Of a DNA stretch of 64,000 bases, positions 13,926 through 26,327 are shown piece after piece; position 1 is the first letter of the stretch, and each line of letters opens with the position of its first letter. Source of the stretch: Antedon mediterranea (Eukaryota > Animalia > Echinodermata); contig NC_092672.1 in assembly GCF_964355755.1 (NCBI RefSeq), forward strand, positions 28,030,437-28,094,436, read 5' to 3'. The notes under the pieces were generated by a model. It saw only the letters and a list, made by a program, of their open reading frames with translations. It did no database searches and was not told the DNA's origin. The position numbers were made by a program, and so were the translations under genes.

Positions 13926-15702
13926 CAGGCCCGTATCCAGGGGGGGTGCGTTGGGTGCAGACGCACCCCCCCCCCCAAGTCCCAAAAGGTCCACTATTTC
14001 CTCGGTTGGTATTTTTTCTTGTCTTGTTTAACTAAAGACAATATCATTATATATATACAAAATTTACATTATCAATGGTATACAAACAAAAATATGCTAA
14101 TATAAAATGAAAAAATACCGGTAATTAAATTACGGAATCTGAACTGACTACAAACTCGATGTAAAACATGCGCAGTCGATCATGTGACGACAAGCAATAG
14201 CTTAGCGCTTCATGTACGCGGTACGCGGTAAAGTGTTTGCTGGAGAAATACAGACAACTTAAAGTCAGGGAACACGTGTACTTTTTGTCGGGGAATATAA
14301 TATACAGTAAAAAGCGTTCGCGTTCACTTAGTAGCTAGCTTCAGCGCCTAGAAAACCGCGACGTTTCATTGACCGTGAGAGTACGTCAGAGTGATATTAT
14401 GCACTTTATATGCATTCATTATTGCCAGCGATCTAACTTACTACTAAACAATAGCTAGGTACGCACTTGTCTGGCGGTATCCCTTTGTACGAATCGTTCA
14501 ACGTTGGGTCGAGACGCGTGATATCAAGTTTCATCCAGGGACCAAAATGTGTAATGTGTTATTTTCCAGGCGAAGTTTACCGACGGTTACGTCGTGTACT
14601 GCGTCGACGTACGCTACACTACAGCAAAAACGAATTATGTTAATTGTTCGTTTGTTCACCAATTTTTTAATTTACAAGTAACCTTCTGTACCGTGGGGCA
14701 CCTAAAATAAATTTTTCATCCATTACTAAACAAAAAAACATGCCATTTTCGCTTAGCCAACATTATAGCTATAGTTATTACATTTTCAATATCCTGTATG
14801 TCATGAATTTCTCACCACTCGGAAGTCCAGATGGTACGCATGCATACACCTGGGAGGAATAAACTTTTTTCCCCGACTGAAAAAGGTCTACGCTTGCGTT
14901 TTTTAAGCCTCTAGGCCTGATGTTTCCAAAGTATAAAATGAAATTTTTTGAAGACCTGCAGCTCTAGTTTTAAACATTTTCTTAGCTCAGCCCCAACAAT
15001 AAAGCTGGTCATATTTCGAAGAACAAGAAGTACATTTTCCGGGACCTAACATCTCTATTTTTCAAACATTTCTTAGCTCAGTCACAACCCATGATAGGGA
15101 CTTATATATTTTTTTTCATGTTTTGAAGTATAATAAGTCCAATTTCCGGGACCTCCAACTCTATTTTTCAAAATTTTCTTTGAACTTTTATTTTTTAAAT
15201 TGAAAAATATGGATTGAAACCGTCATCGCGCATCGTTTTTTTGCACGCAGTATTTTATTTATGCATTATAAAAAATGGAAAAAATGGCTACCCTAAATCT
15301 GATTAAAAAGACCTCAAATGACGCTAGAACGCGTTGCTTCCGGGGGCTTCGCCCCCTGGACCCCCACCGGGGGCCCTTGGCGGCCCCCAGCCTAGTGATG
15401 CTCGCTTCGCTCGCATAGCCCCCTCGTCGGGGAATGTAGCCCCCGCGTCGGGAAGATCCTGGCGCCACCCCTGCTGAGTTGGCCTCATCATGAAAGCGTT
15501 AAGTTCTGGTGTCCATCGTTCAACTAGCCCAAGCCACAACAGAGAGTCTTACATCAGTCTTTAGAACGTCAAATAACGCAAATTTTTCCTGGGCCTTCGG
15601 CCCCTGCACCCTGACCGGGGGCCCTTGGCGGCCCCCTGGCCCCCAGCCATTGTTGCTCGCTTCGCTCGCACCCCCCCATTATAAATGCTGCATACGGGCC
15701 TG
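13926..15702. mobile_element. Non-autonomous hAT-like DNA transposon with 5-bp TSD (hAT5-like)
   Basis: TIRs CAGGCCCGTAT...ATACGGGCCTG. TSD AGTAG at 13921-13925 and 15703-15707. The empty site cacatag-agtag-tgtagac is visible in unit B (~31224-31242). A second related terminus ends at ~15473. Confidence 0.85.
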
Positions 15703-16700
15703 AGTAGTGTAGACAAAGCTTTAGAGATAGCATATTTTGACATGTGTTTGGCCAAACCCATACAACTGGAGTATATAGAAATCAAATTATTATCTCTCAA
15801 TATGTACTTTAACATGATTATGGCCTTCCATAGGTATGTGTGCCGTAATAAAATTCTTGTTATACTGCACAAGAATCAACATGAGTATTGCTATGATAGC
15901 TATTGTACGCCGCCGAGAAAACACAACAAACTGTAGCAGTAATGATGATCAATTGTACGACACCTCGGTAAGTATGCCATACTACCAGTAACTTTAAATC
16001 TGCTATAAATAATTAACTATAGCACAACAATTATATTTGAATACATTAAAAATGTATACTCAGAGGAGTAAAACATGTTTTGAACAATTAGGCACCTAAA
16101 GCAACAATAATTAAAATGTAAAGCTCTGTTTATACTATCAAACTAGTTTGAAAAAAAAAACTACTTTATTGTTCCCAAATATAGTGGTACGACTTCATCG
16201 TGTCCATAAATGAACACGTCACATTTGTTTGTCACATAAAGTAGACAGATCTTAAAATAGCAAAATTTTAAATAACTTAATGACGAATTTGTATTATTAT
16301 TCATGACGTCACTGCAACAGCTTATCTGAACCATTTTTCCTAGGGGTTTAGGCTAACAAAAACACTTGGTGTGCTTAATGTGTAGATTGGTGGCAATGAC
16401 ACACTGCGAAGCCTCTTTTTGCCACTTGGACCTCTGCTTATAATTAGAAAGAAGCTTAAGCAAAATATATCGATATATTTAATGCAAATGAGCCAGCTAT
16501 CACTGATATACATACAATTATTAATATTAAGTAAAACTTCAATCGATTCATACGGTTATAAACAGAAAATACACACATGCATTTCATTTCTTTATCCTGT
16601 TCTGTGACACGGGTTTACAGTGCTTATTCATACTATAATTTCATGGTAAGACAAAATAAGGGAGAATAAGGGTGTTTATGTTTCTAGTTTTGTACTACTA

Positions 16701-19150
16701 CTAGTTACGCTTTATTTTTATTTCTGACCATCTCAGCTTTTCCCTCGTACTACTTCCAGTGAAGCACTGAAATGTAGTTCCATACTTTCCATTTAAATTA
16801 CATATGTAACAACTGTAATACCACCAGGCGCCTTCATATTCTTTAGCACAATTATTACTCTTAACGTCGTTATCTACATCACGTGTCGTAAAACCTTTCC
16901 CTCGATGACGTATCATCACATCAACTGTTTAGGAAAGAAATGAATAACGATATTTTCTAAAAACATTAATTTTATTTTGAATGTTGGTAAACGTCGTCGT
17001 CGTCGTAGTAGTGGTGGTAGTGGTAGCGGTAGCGGCAACGGTGGTAGCGGCAGCACCAGCAGTGACCATAGCAGTAGTAGTATATTTCATGATCTAATCT
17101 AACATGATTGTTGACACGCATAATCACATTCTGATATATTTTGGCTTTAATGTCATAGTCAAATGTTTAAGACCATTGGAATCTTTAAAGTCCATTCAGT
17201 CTATGTCTTAGTTGATAAAACGAGTATTATTGACATATAGTCAGGAGAAACAGTTATTGAGATGTTTAACGATTTATTAGGCCTATTTGATGAAAATTCT
17301 CTTAAAACCTGTTTTCCACTAAGTTATCAAACAGTTTCGCAATGACAAATGTGTGAAACCATTGTGTTTTTTCATATAACCTAAGTAGAATCTGTCGAAA
17401 CTGGTTAAAGTGAAAAACATTACTTGTGGAACTCGAATTGATTAATTAATTAAAAGAAAAAAGTTCGCCAAAAGGAAATATGAGCATGCAAGGATGCATT
17501 AAACTGACACTTTCAACCACGACATGCTTGTCAACAATCTCTACACTTAGGCCTACCCGTGTTGCCGTTTAGTTGATCGCCGACTTCCAAAGTGTAGTCA
17601 TCACCTTCATTCCCGATTCTGAAGGTGTCGTATACTGTATAGTATGCTTCACCAGAAACCGTTTTCATATCAATTCGAAGGTTGTACTTTCCAGATGACG
17701 TCATCTCATGTATATTGTCATTTCCCAGCCAGAACTCACCGCACACATTACCAAAACCATTTTTATATTCTTCCCAAGACCGATAAAAATCCAGTGAACC
17801 ATCCTCACGCCGCTGAAAAACCTAGAATACAGTGTACATACTATTTAAAAAAACGATACGGCTCCTTTGTATGTTGTTTTACCGTGTATTAATTTGTTCT
17901 AGTACACGTAACCTACAACTGTACTGTTTAGATAAGTCCTACAAATAAAAATAAGATATTTAATATTGATTGTCTGCTACCTTTTTAAAAATTGTTTTTA
18001 CATGTGTAACCAAATCTAGATACTATGCCTACAAAACAATATCTATATACATTCCCTTTAATTAGGCTTAAGTAAACAAAATATATTAAAATGTAGATTT
18101 ACCGTCCATCCTCCTTCGCCAGTATCCATATCACAGTACACAAGCAATGCGTTTCTATGAGTCTTGGCAATTGGGTATAAACCGCTTCCGCCGCTTCCCA
18201 AAATACCCTGGCAATCTTTCACCTAAGTAAATAAGCAAGAATACCAACAACAAAACAGTGGTCTATAAAATCTTATTCCAATTAATAATGTGAGGGAAGG
18301 CAAAATTCAATGTATATTGACAATGATCCAATAGAAGCATCGTCGATCATGTTTGTTGCACTATCAGCATCCATGGAGGAAATATAATTATATTTCCTTC
18401 ATGCACCAACCTTTACAAATCAAGTTTTACAACAAAATATTTTTTTATTCATGTTATTATAACACCAGACAATACGTACTGCTGGCCGTAGTGTATACGC
18501 CCGATGACTGCCTCTTTTTTCCAATCCCAAACGTCCAGATAATTCACATGATTTTGATGTGACGTCATAGCGAAATGATTGACAGTCAGGAGTAAGACTC
18601 AAACACAACAGAGAACACCGAGTTGCACTTCTTGTTCTAATAGAAAATAGCGAATCAATTTCTTTTGATTTCAACAAATTCCGTTGGTTCTCAAAAATTG
18701 CAGATCGCATACAGGATTTACCTAATAAATAGGAAGTGTATATGAAAAAAAAAATGCGTATAGAAATAAACTCATACTATAACTAACTTTGGATAAAGAA
18801 GCATTACTATACCTATATGTACTTAATTTCTTGTAGTTTCGTATGAATCTTTAAACTGTTTTTTAGTACTTTTATAAAACAGAGAAAAGAAAATATGTTT
18901 ATTCCCATTAATCTGGTATGCAAATGTTATGGACTAAATGACATCTAAAAAATAATTATTATATCATTATTTGTTCACAAATTAAGTGATCAAATCGCAT
19001 TTTATTGGCCACCACGGCGCTTATTTGTTCATTTCACGGAGGAAATGTTTTAAGAAAAAAGTGTTTCATCTTACCTGATGTCATTGAGATATTACAGTGA
19101 AATACAAAGGTACCAAATATCACAGTGAAGCTGTACAATATGTAAAACAT
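16701..19150 (-). CDS. Secreted PAN/apple + fibrinogen C-terminal domain (FReD) protein, copy 2; 5 exons, ~308 aa
   Basis: Exons (minus strand) 19150-19075, 18721-18480, 18222-18103, 17821-17557, 16924-16701. GT-AG introns, same phases as copy 1, open frame. Canonical motifs QRREDGSLDF, EFWLGND, GAWWY. Confidence 0.9.
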
Positions 19151-20397
19151 TTTGAAATGGCACTCACTCTTCTTAACCTGACTTAAATTAACGTCAGACA
19201 ACGTTGTTGTCTCCCGCACGATCACCTACCTTACTGTAATCAAAATGTTCCTATAAAACATAATGCTTATCATCGGCAAATAAATAATATTCGTAGTTTC
19301 TACTTTTAAGAAAATATTTAGGTATGGTTTTTAAAAAGACATGAAAAACGATTATTATAAGTGCAAACGTCAGATTAATAATAATAATAATATTTTAAAA
19401 AGTAACGGCTTTATAAAAATCAATTGAATTTGCTAGTAAAAACACAACTCAAAGTTTAATATCTCAATCTAATCAATACGCGGATTGTTTTCATTTACTT
19501 GTTCGGTTTACTGATGTGTTATGATTAGATACTGTAATAGTGTACAATATCTAACAATAACAGAAGTCACAAGATAACACACCATCTACCATGTCCATAA
19601 ATTGCGGGAGTATCAATAAATGTTGGATGTTTTCCAAAACTTTTAAAAAGAAAGATGTTGTGCTGATTTTATTTTATTTACCAACCAGGGAAGAGTTAAA
19701 TTATCTTTCTGATGAGGAATTGTAGATGCTATAATTGTAATTAGTATAGGTTTCTGCCGCGATTGATCTACGCTAATATTTTCATGACATTAAAGTAGCA
19801 TTTTATGACCTGTAGTAGCCCTACATCTCAGACAATAACTATTTGTTGTCTCAGCCTACATGTAAAATTACAAAATCAGCAAGGATACTAGGCTAGGCCT
19901 AGGGCCTAGGCCTTCTAGGCTTACTAGTAAACCATATGATTTGCCGACATTGATACTGCCTAGGTAGGTCTAGGCTAATATTAAGTGTAGTAGATACAAC
20001 GTGTAATCATGATCTATATACTCACCGTTGTCTTACTTCTTGTGTGAATAATAATAGGTACTTCGTTTGTTCTAATTAAGTTTTCCATGCGTGTACTTTT
20101 CAAAACGACCGCTAGGTAACGTATCGCAACTTAGTCTGGGCTCCAGACGGAGTTTTTTCTTAATATTAGTAAAAATATAAATATTTTTGCACATATGGCG
20201 TTTAATACGTGTATTACTTGAGTTTGGATACTCCGTCTGGGGAAACACGCAAAAGTCACGTGGTTTGACACCAAGAATTCTTGGTGCATAGATTATCCGG
20301 TTGAATAGTTTCAGCTGCATGCGATTGGCTACTCACTCGTACACTGTTTTAATATTCATATTTCAGAATTTCAAAGACTCAACAACTAAGATGGTAC

Positions 20398-23300
20398 TAG
20401 ACCAGGAGCCCAGAGGGGTCAACCTAGCTGGAAAGTTAACCAATTTCTATGCATGTGGCAATTATCTACGTACATATCAATGTATAGAAATGACAGTCTG
20501 GCGCGTTTCTTTTGGTGGGTGTGGCTAGGAGGGACACTGTAAAGGGTAAAAAAAATGAGCTAGATCAGCTGAAAAGTTAACCCCATGAAATATTTTGCAA
20601 ATTGTTTGACATAGAATGAAATATAAGGAATGGCTATTGCCAGACGATTTTAGTGGTGGGGGGTGCCTGCCAGACCCCCATTTCTGGAGGGTCAAAAATG
20701 AGCTAGATCAGCTTAAAAGTTAACCCTCTAAAACTGGTGGGAAAATGTTCAATAAACTCATAACTATCATGAATGACCATTGCCAGACATTTTCAGTGGT
20801 GGATTGTGCCCGCCAGACCCCGTCAAACACCCCACCCACAAAAAATTGAGCTAGATCAGCTGAAAAGTTAACCCCATGAAATATTTTGCAAATTGTTTGA
20901 CATAGAGTGAAATATAATGAATGGACATTGCCAGACGATTTTAGTGGTGGGGGTGCCTGCCAGACCCCCATTTCTGGAGGGCCAAAAATGAACTAGATCA
21001 GCTTAAAAGTTAACCCTCTAAAACTGGTGGGAAAATGTTCAATGTACTCATAACTATTATGAATGACCATTGCCAGACATTTTCAGTGGTGGATTGTGCC
21101 CGCCAGACCCCGTCAAACACCCCCACTCCCAAAAATGAGCTAGATCAGCTGAAAAGCTAACCTTTTAAAACATGCTGTAGAATGTTCAGCATGATCCCTA
21201 GTATAATAAATGACCATTGCCAGACATTTTAAGTGGTGGGTTGTGTCCACCAGGCCCCCTCAAACACCCAACCCCCAAAAATGACCCAGATTAGGCCAAG
21301 GGTTAACCATGGTAAAACTGGTGGGAAAATGTGTAGTATACTGTCAAGGATATGAATTGTCATTACCAGACATTTTTATTTGCTCATTATAGAACCACCC
21401 CATCCATCCAACCCTTTACCTAATTCACAAATGTGCCACTATGGTATATAAGTTCAACATAGTGTAAAATAGGTATTCAGAACAAGACTTCTTTGTCTTT
21501 TTGTGGTGTGGAAAAAAGTAAATCAATTAGTCAATTGGTTTATGCAGTTAAAGGACATATTTAGAAACTGACTTATCTTCTATAATGGTTCCCTAGAGAA
21601 TAATGTTGTTGATTATCATCAACATTTCAAAACAAAGGCTTATTTTATTAAATGCATTTTGATTATGATAGAGAGTGGTACATCATATTTCAAAGTGCTA
21701 CATCTGCCAAACGGTAACGGCGGACAACGATTGTATGTTAAGGCGTTCAGTGAAATGATATGGTCAACTGTAAAGAATGCTGCTGCATTACGTAAGAAAA
21801 TGAAGTCTGACAAACATGCTGATACAACAAACAAGGTTTTTCTTATGAAACAACCTAAAAATTCAATCAGCTATCACCCTTTATGTCATAGGTATTACAC
21901 TGCCGTGAAACAAAACAAAGTAGTGTCCTTCAGAAATCAGATGAGTGTGGCATGTTAAAGGGAACTTGCATATTTTGTGGAAAAGGCCGAAAAAATGGGA
22001 AAGAAGAGAAAAGGCTTAAGATAGCAACTGTTTCTGGGTGCAAGTCACTTTCCCAGCGGGTAAAATTTAAAAAAAACCAACGTATCAATAGTCTAATTCG
22101 GTGTGGCGTTGATCTGCCGAGTTCAGTTCTTCTAGAAACTGATAAACATGATGGTTCAACAGAAGAGCATTCATCTTATTGAAGTAACACATCTTATGGA
22201 AGTCACAAAAGGGCATTTTCATCCCTACTGAAATATATTGAATTATTATTACGTATTGGGAAAACAACGAGCTATACTTGTCTCTGATTTGCTAAGCTTT
22301 TACAAAATCGAATTTGTCAATAATGGAGGAAAACTGATATCAACTCATATTCGTCCCAAAATCTTACAAGGAAAATTCAATAAAAATTTAAAGATGAAAT
22401 CAAAGTAAAACCTGCAGACAGACGAAGAGGTAACTTCATTTATAGATCACTTCTTCTAGGAGAAGAAGCCACTGCTCGACTTTATGATAATTCTGAACAA
22501 TATGTACAGGATAATAAAATAAAATGGGCTGCTCTTCATCTTAGATCTATAATCATGCAGCTCCCACAGACAAAGACCTGCTACAGTTCAAAACTTAAAA
22601 GAGTGTGCTGCCAAGATACCATCACAGTTAGAATTATTCTTTAGGAGTCTTCTTGGTGGCATCGACCAAAATGCCAATGATGCAAACAAAGACAAGTTTG
22701 ATAGAAAGGTTATTTCCATTGCATCTGATGCCATCTATAATGTATCTCGTGGAACTGTGAAACCATGGAAACACACTGTCGTTGGTTTATGTTTTACATC
22801 TCTGACAGGATCAAAACTGGCTATGCAAATTTTGACATTGTATTAGTAGTGAAAGCAAAGGCCTTGAGACTGAGTTTGCCTATTCAGTTCAAGATGATGA
22901 ACGCGACGCCCCAGATGGTATCCGGCTTGACCCAACCTTGGCAACTGCATGTGTATGGGAGAATAATGATACAAATGTAGAAACACTTGATGGTAAAGAA
23001 ACTCTACACGCTACAGTTGGACATACATATCAGAATATATTGCATGACGACCAACTGCTCAATAGGAATACTATTGGATTTCGGGATGGTAGAAACAGGC
23101 GGAAATTTGTTGGAGTTGAAAGAGAAATACCACCTTTTAGGATAGGTATAAATAAAGCTTTGTTTATAAGTTCCAATGCCACATCAACTACAAATGTTAG
23201 AGAATGTAGTACAATCACTGACAAACCAATGGAATACCAAATACCACTGAAGGCTTTGGATATGTATTGGTTTTGGAAACTGAATGATGGAGATACACCC

Positions 23301-25646
23301 CTACATGCCGGATTCATGAGCAAGTATATCAATAATCATTTACCAGTTCAGTGCATTTGCTACAGGGATCCTATATCAAAATCCCCAACAAACAATGATG
23401 TGGTTAGAGAGAGAAAATGATCCAGACTATGGCTATTGCCAAGGAAACTGGCCAAGACTATGCAGACAAGACTATGCAGTTGTGACATATGATTTGGCAG
23501 TAGCATTAAAAGCTTACTCCATACAAACAATACAATTTGATAAGCTTTTAGTATTACAGGGCAATTTTCACACAGAGTTGGCGTTCTACGGAGCAGTTGG
23601 AACGTACATTAACGACAGCGGTATCGAATATATTCTCCAAGAAGCAGATATCTTGGCTGAGGGGTCAATGATGGGTTTCATCAAAGGAAAGTTTTACAAC
23701 AGGTGCACTAGAATTCACCAATTGCTTGCCAATGTCTTAGAGCAAAAGTTGTATAAACGCTTTCTTCAAGAAATAAATGCAGAAGATCATCACACATTTC
23801 AAGAAATAATGTCAACTGCACCTTTGGACCCATCATTGATTGAAGAACATATATCGGATCCTGTTGTAATTAATCACCTGCAGAAGTACGAGAATTACTT
23901 CCAGTCAGTGCTTACTGGAAATATAGGTTCAACAGCACAATTCTGGGCTATTTACATTTTTCTTATTAATCGACTCCATAGATGAACTTCAGAGATGTGT
24001 GAAAACAAATGATGTCACTGGCTACATTAATGTATTTCCAACCATATTATCTGTTTACTTTGCCCTGAACCAACCTACTGTAACTACGCCAGATGGGGAA
24101 CTCTATTCATACAGAAACTGAAAAACGTTGACCTAAAGTACTGGAAAAATGAGCATTTTCCATCAGACGTACAAATAAGCACTACAGTAGATCAGCTGTT
24201 GACATTTCCTTAGAACAGACGGTCAATCGTGATTCTTCTTCAAGTATTAGAGGGATTGTTGCCTTTCCTAATTCAGAAAATGCAATGCGCCAGTGGTCAT
24301 TGACTACGAGTCAACGAGCCATGGCAGTCACGGAGCTGAGAACATTTGCTGGTCTTGAATTGGGGGAAATGCAACAGCTCAATGCCGTCCATCAAGAATG
24401 AAAAAGGACACATTGACAGTGAAACGGAAGAAACAGAGATTGAAGAATCAAGTGATTCTTATGGCGATGCATGGAGTGAAGGGTCGATGTTTAATGGGTG
24501 TCTGGCGGACACAACCCACCACTTTAAATGTCTAGCAATGGTCATTTATTATACTAGGAATCATGCTGAACATTTTACAGCATGTTTTAAAAGGTTAGCT
24601 TTTCAGCTGATCTAGCTCATTTTTGGGAGTGGGGGTGTTTGACGGGTCTGGCGGGCACAATACACCACTGAAAATGTCTGGCAATGGTCATTCATAATAG
24701 TTATGAGTACATTGAACATTCTCCCACCAGTTTTAGAGGGTTAACTTTTAAGCTGATCTAGCTCATTTTTGGCCCTCCAGAAATGGGGGTCTGGCAGGCA
24801 CCCCACCACTAAAATCGTCTGGCAATGTCCATTCATTTTATTTCACTCTATGTCAAACAATTTGCAAAATATTTCACGGGGTTAAATTTTCAGCTGATCT
24901 AGCTCAATTTTTTGGGGGTGGGGTGTTTGACGGGGTCTGGCGGGCACAATCCACCACTGAAAATGTCTGGCAATGGTCATTCATGATAGTTATGAGTTTA
25001 TTGAAGATTTTCCCACCAGTTTCAGAGGGTTAACTTTTAAGCTGATCTAGCTCATTTTTGGCCCCACAGAAATGGGGGTCTGGCAGGCACCCCCCACCAC
25101 TAAAATCGTCTGGCGATATTCATTCATTATATTTCACTCTATGTCAAACAATTTGCAAAATATTTCATGGGGTTAACTTTTCAGCTGATCTAGCTCAATT
25201 TTTGGGGGGTTGGGTGTTTGACGGGGTCTGGCGGGCACAATCCACCACTGAAAATGTCTGGCAATGGTCATTCATGATAATTATGAGTTTATTGAACATT
25301 TTCCCACCAGTTTCAGAGGGTTAACTTTTAAGCTGATCTAGCTCATTTTTGACCCCCCAGAAATAGGGGTCTGGCAGGCACCCCCCACCACTAAAATCGT
25401 CTGGCAATGGCCATTCCTTATATTTCACTCTATGTCAAACAATTTGCAAAATATTTCATGGGGTTAACTTTTCAGCTGATCTAGCTCATTTTTTTTACCC
25501 TTTACAATGTCCCTCCTAGCCACACCCACCAAAAGAAACGCGCCAGACTGTCATTTCCATACATTGATATGTACGTAGATAATTGCCACATGCATAGAAA
25601 TTGGTTAACTTTCCAGCTAGGTTGACCCCTCTGGGCTCCTGCTCTA
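20398..25646 (+). mobile_element. Academ-superfamily DNA transposon, decayed and internally deleted
   Basis: Termini TAGACCAGGAGCCCAGAGGGG...CCCCTCTGGGCTCCTGCTCTA. 3-bp TSD TAC at 20395-20397 and 25647-25649. TIRs of ~0.9-1.1 kb built from ~300-bp subrepeats. Internal transposase remnants. Confidence 0.85.
21640..24480 (+). pseudogene. Frameshifted Academ transposase remnant
   Basis: Fragments YHPLCHRYY, CIFC, WENNDTNVETLDGKETLHATVG, VVTYDLAVALKA, QGNFHTELAFYGAVG..INDSG, GKFYNRCTRIH, and RSAVDISLEQTVNRD (~24190). The C-terminal XPG/Cys8 part appears deleted. Confidence 0.75.
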
Positions 25647-26327
25647 TACGCATGCGCTATGTAACGTTTAGACAATGTGTACTTGGGTAAATTGATGAAA
25701 GTTTCTGAAGGCTAGAAAGGATTTTATATGGATCATTTAATCAGGGAGATGTAATTTAGATCTCCCTGATTTAATATTACGCGGAGATAATTTGATTTAA
25801 TTCCCACCCAGATCCTGTCCTGTTCAATTCTGTGTACTGGTGTATAGCCCTGTCTGTTGTGTGTGAATCCTGTTGTGTGCCGGTGGTGGTATTATGTAGG
25901 CCTACCTTATTGGCGTTTTATTTGGCAGGTCATACGTGCGAGTTGAGTAGGACCTACGAAGGAGGCCTAGGCCAAGGACTAAACAATTAATAAACAAAAC
26001 AACTTGGCAACACGATTTCATATTTTAACAGTCTCGATCGTACATTCAGCACTGTACGTAGGCCTACTCGATCTTTTTCATTTTTAAACAAAATGATCAT
26101 TGGTTGATTCGAAATCATATTTACATACCGCCCGCCCCATATAGCCAAATACGGTATGATAACCTACGTCATTCTTATCGGATGTTTGCGGTCTGCAAAT
26201 CGATTTCTATACGTGTTTCACAAGTCTGTATTTTCAGACAAAAATCGCGGTCGAAATAAAAACAAATAAATAAAAAAAAAACAATACAGACTTGGGGCAA
26301 GTCTAATCGCAACTATACATAGCCAGC

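Larger units (their letters stand above)
12441..15967 (+). pseudogene. Truncated SLC17/sialin-like duplicate (exons 1-2 only), or an alternative 5' module of the downstream gene
   Basis: Exon 12441-12462 (MKRFLVA-G, GT donor) and exon 15834-15967 (GMCAVIKFLLYCTRINMSIAMIAIVRRREN...) are near-identical to 29724-29745 and 31857-31990. The sequence switches to FReD 3' flank at 16315, so no exon 3 exists in this unit. Confidence 0.8.

Noticed and set aside
15259-15872. GC-rich overlapping ORFs
   Set aside because: They derive from the GC-rich subterminal sequence of the hAT-like element, and partly from the antisense or off-frame reading of SLC17 exon 2.
20540-21300. Short ORFs (20720-20971, 25058-25324) as duplicated genes
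   Set aside because: They lie in the inverted, repetitive Academ arms and show no protein motifs.
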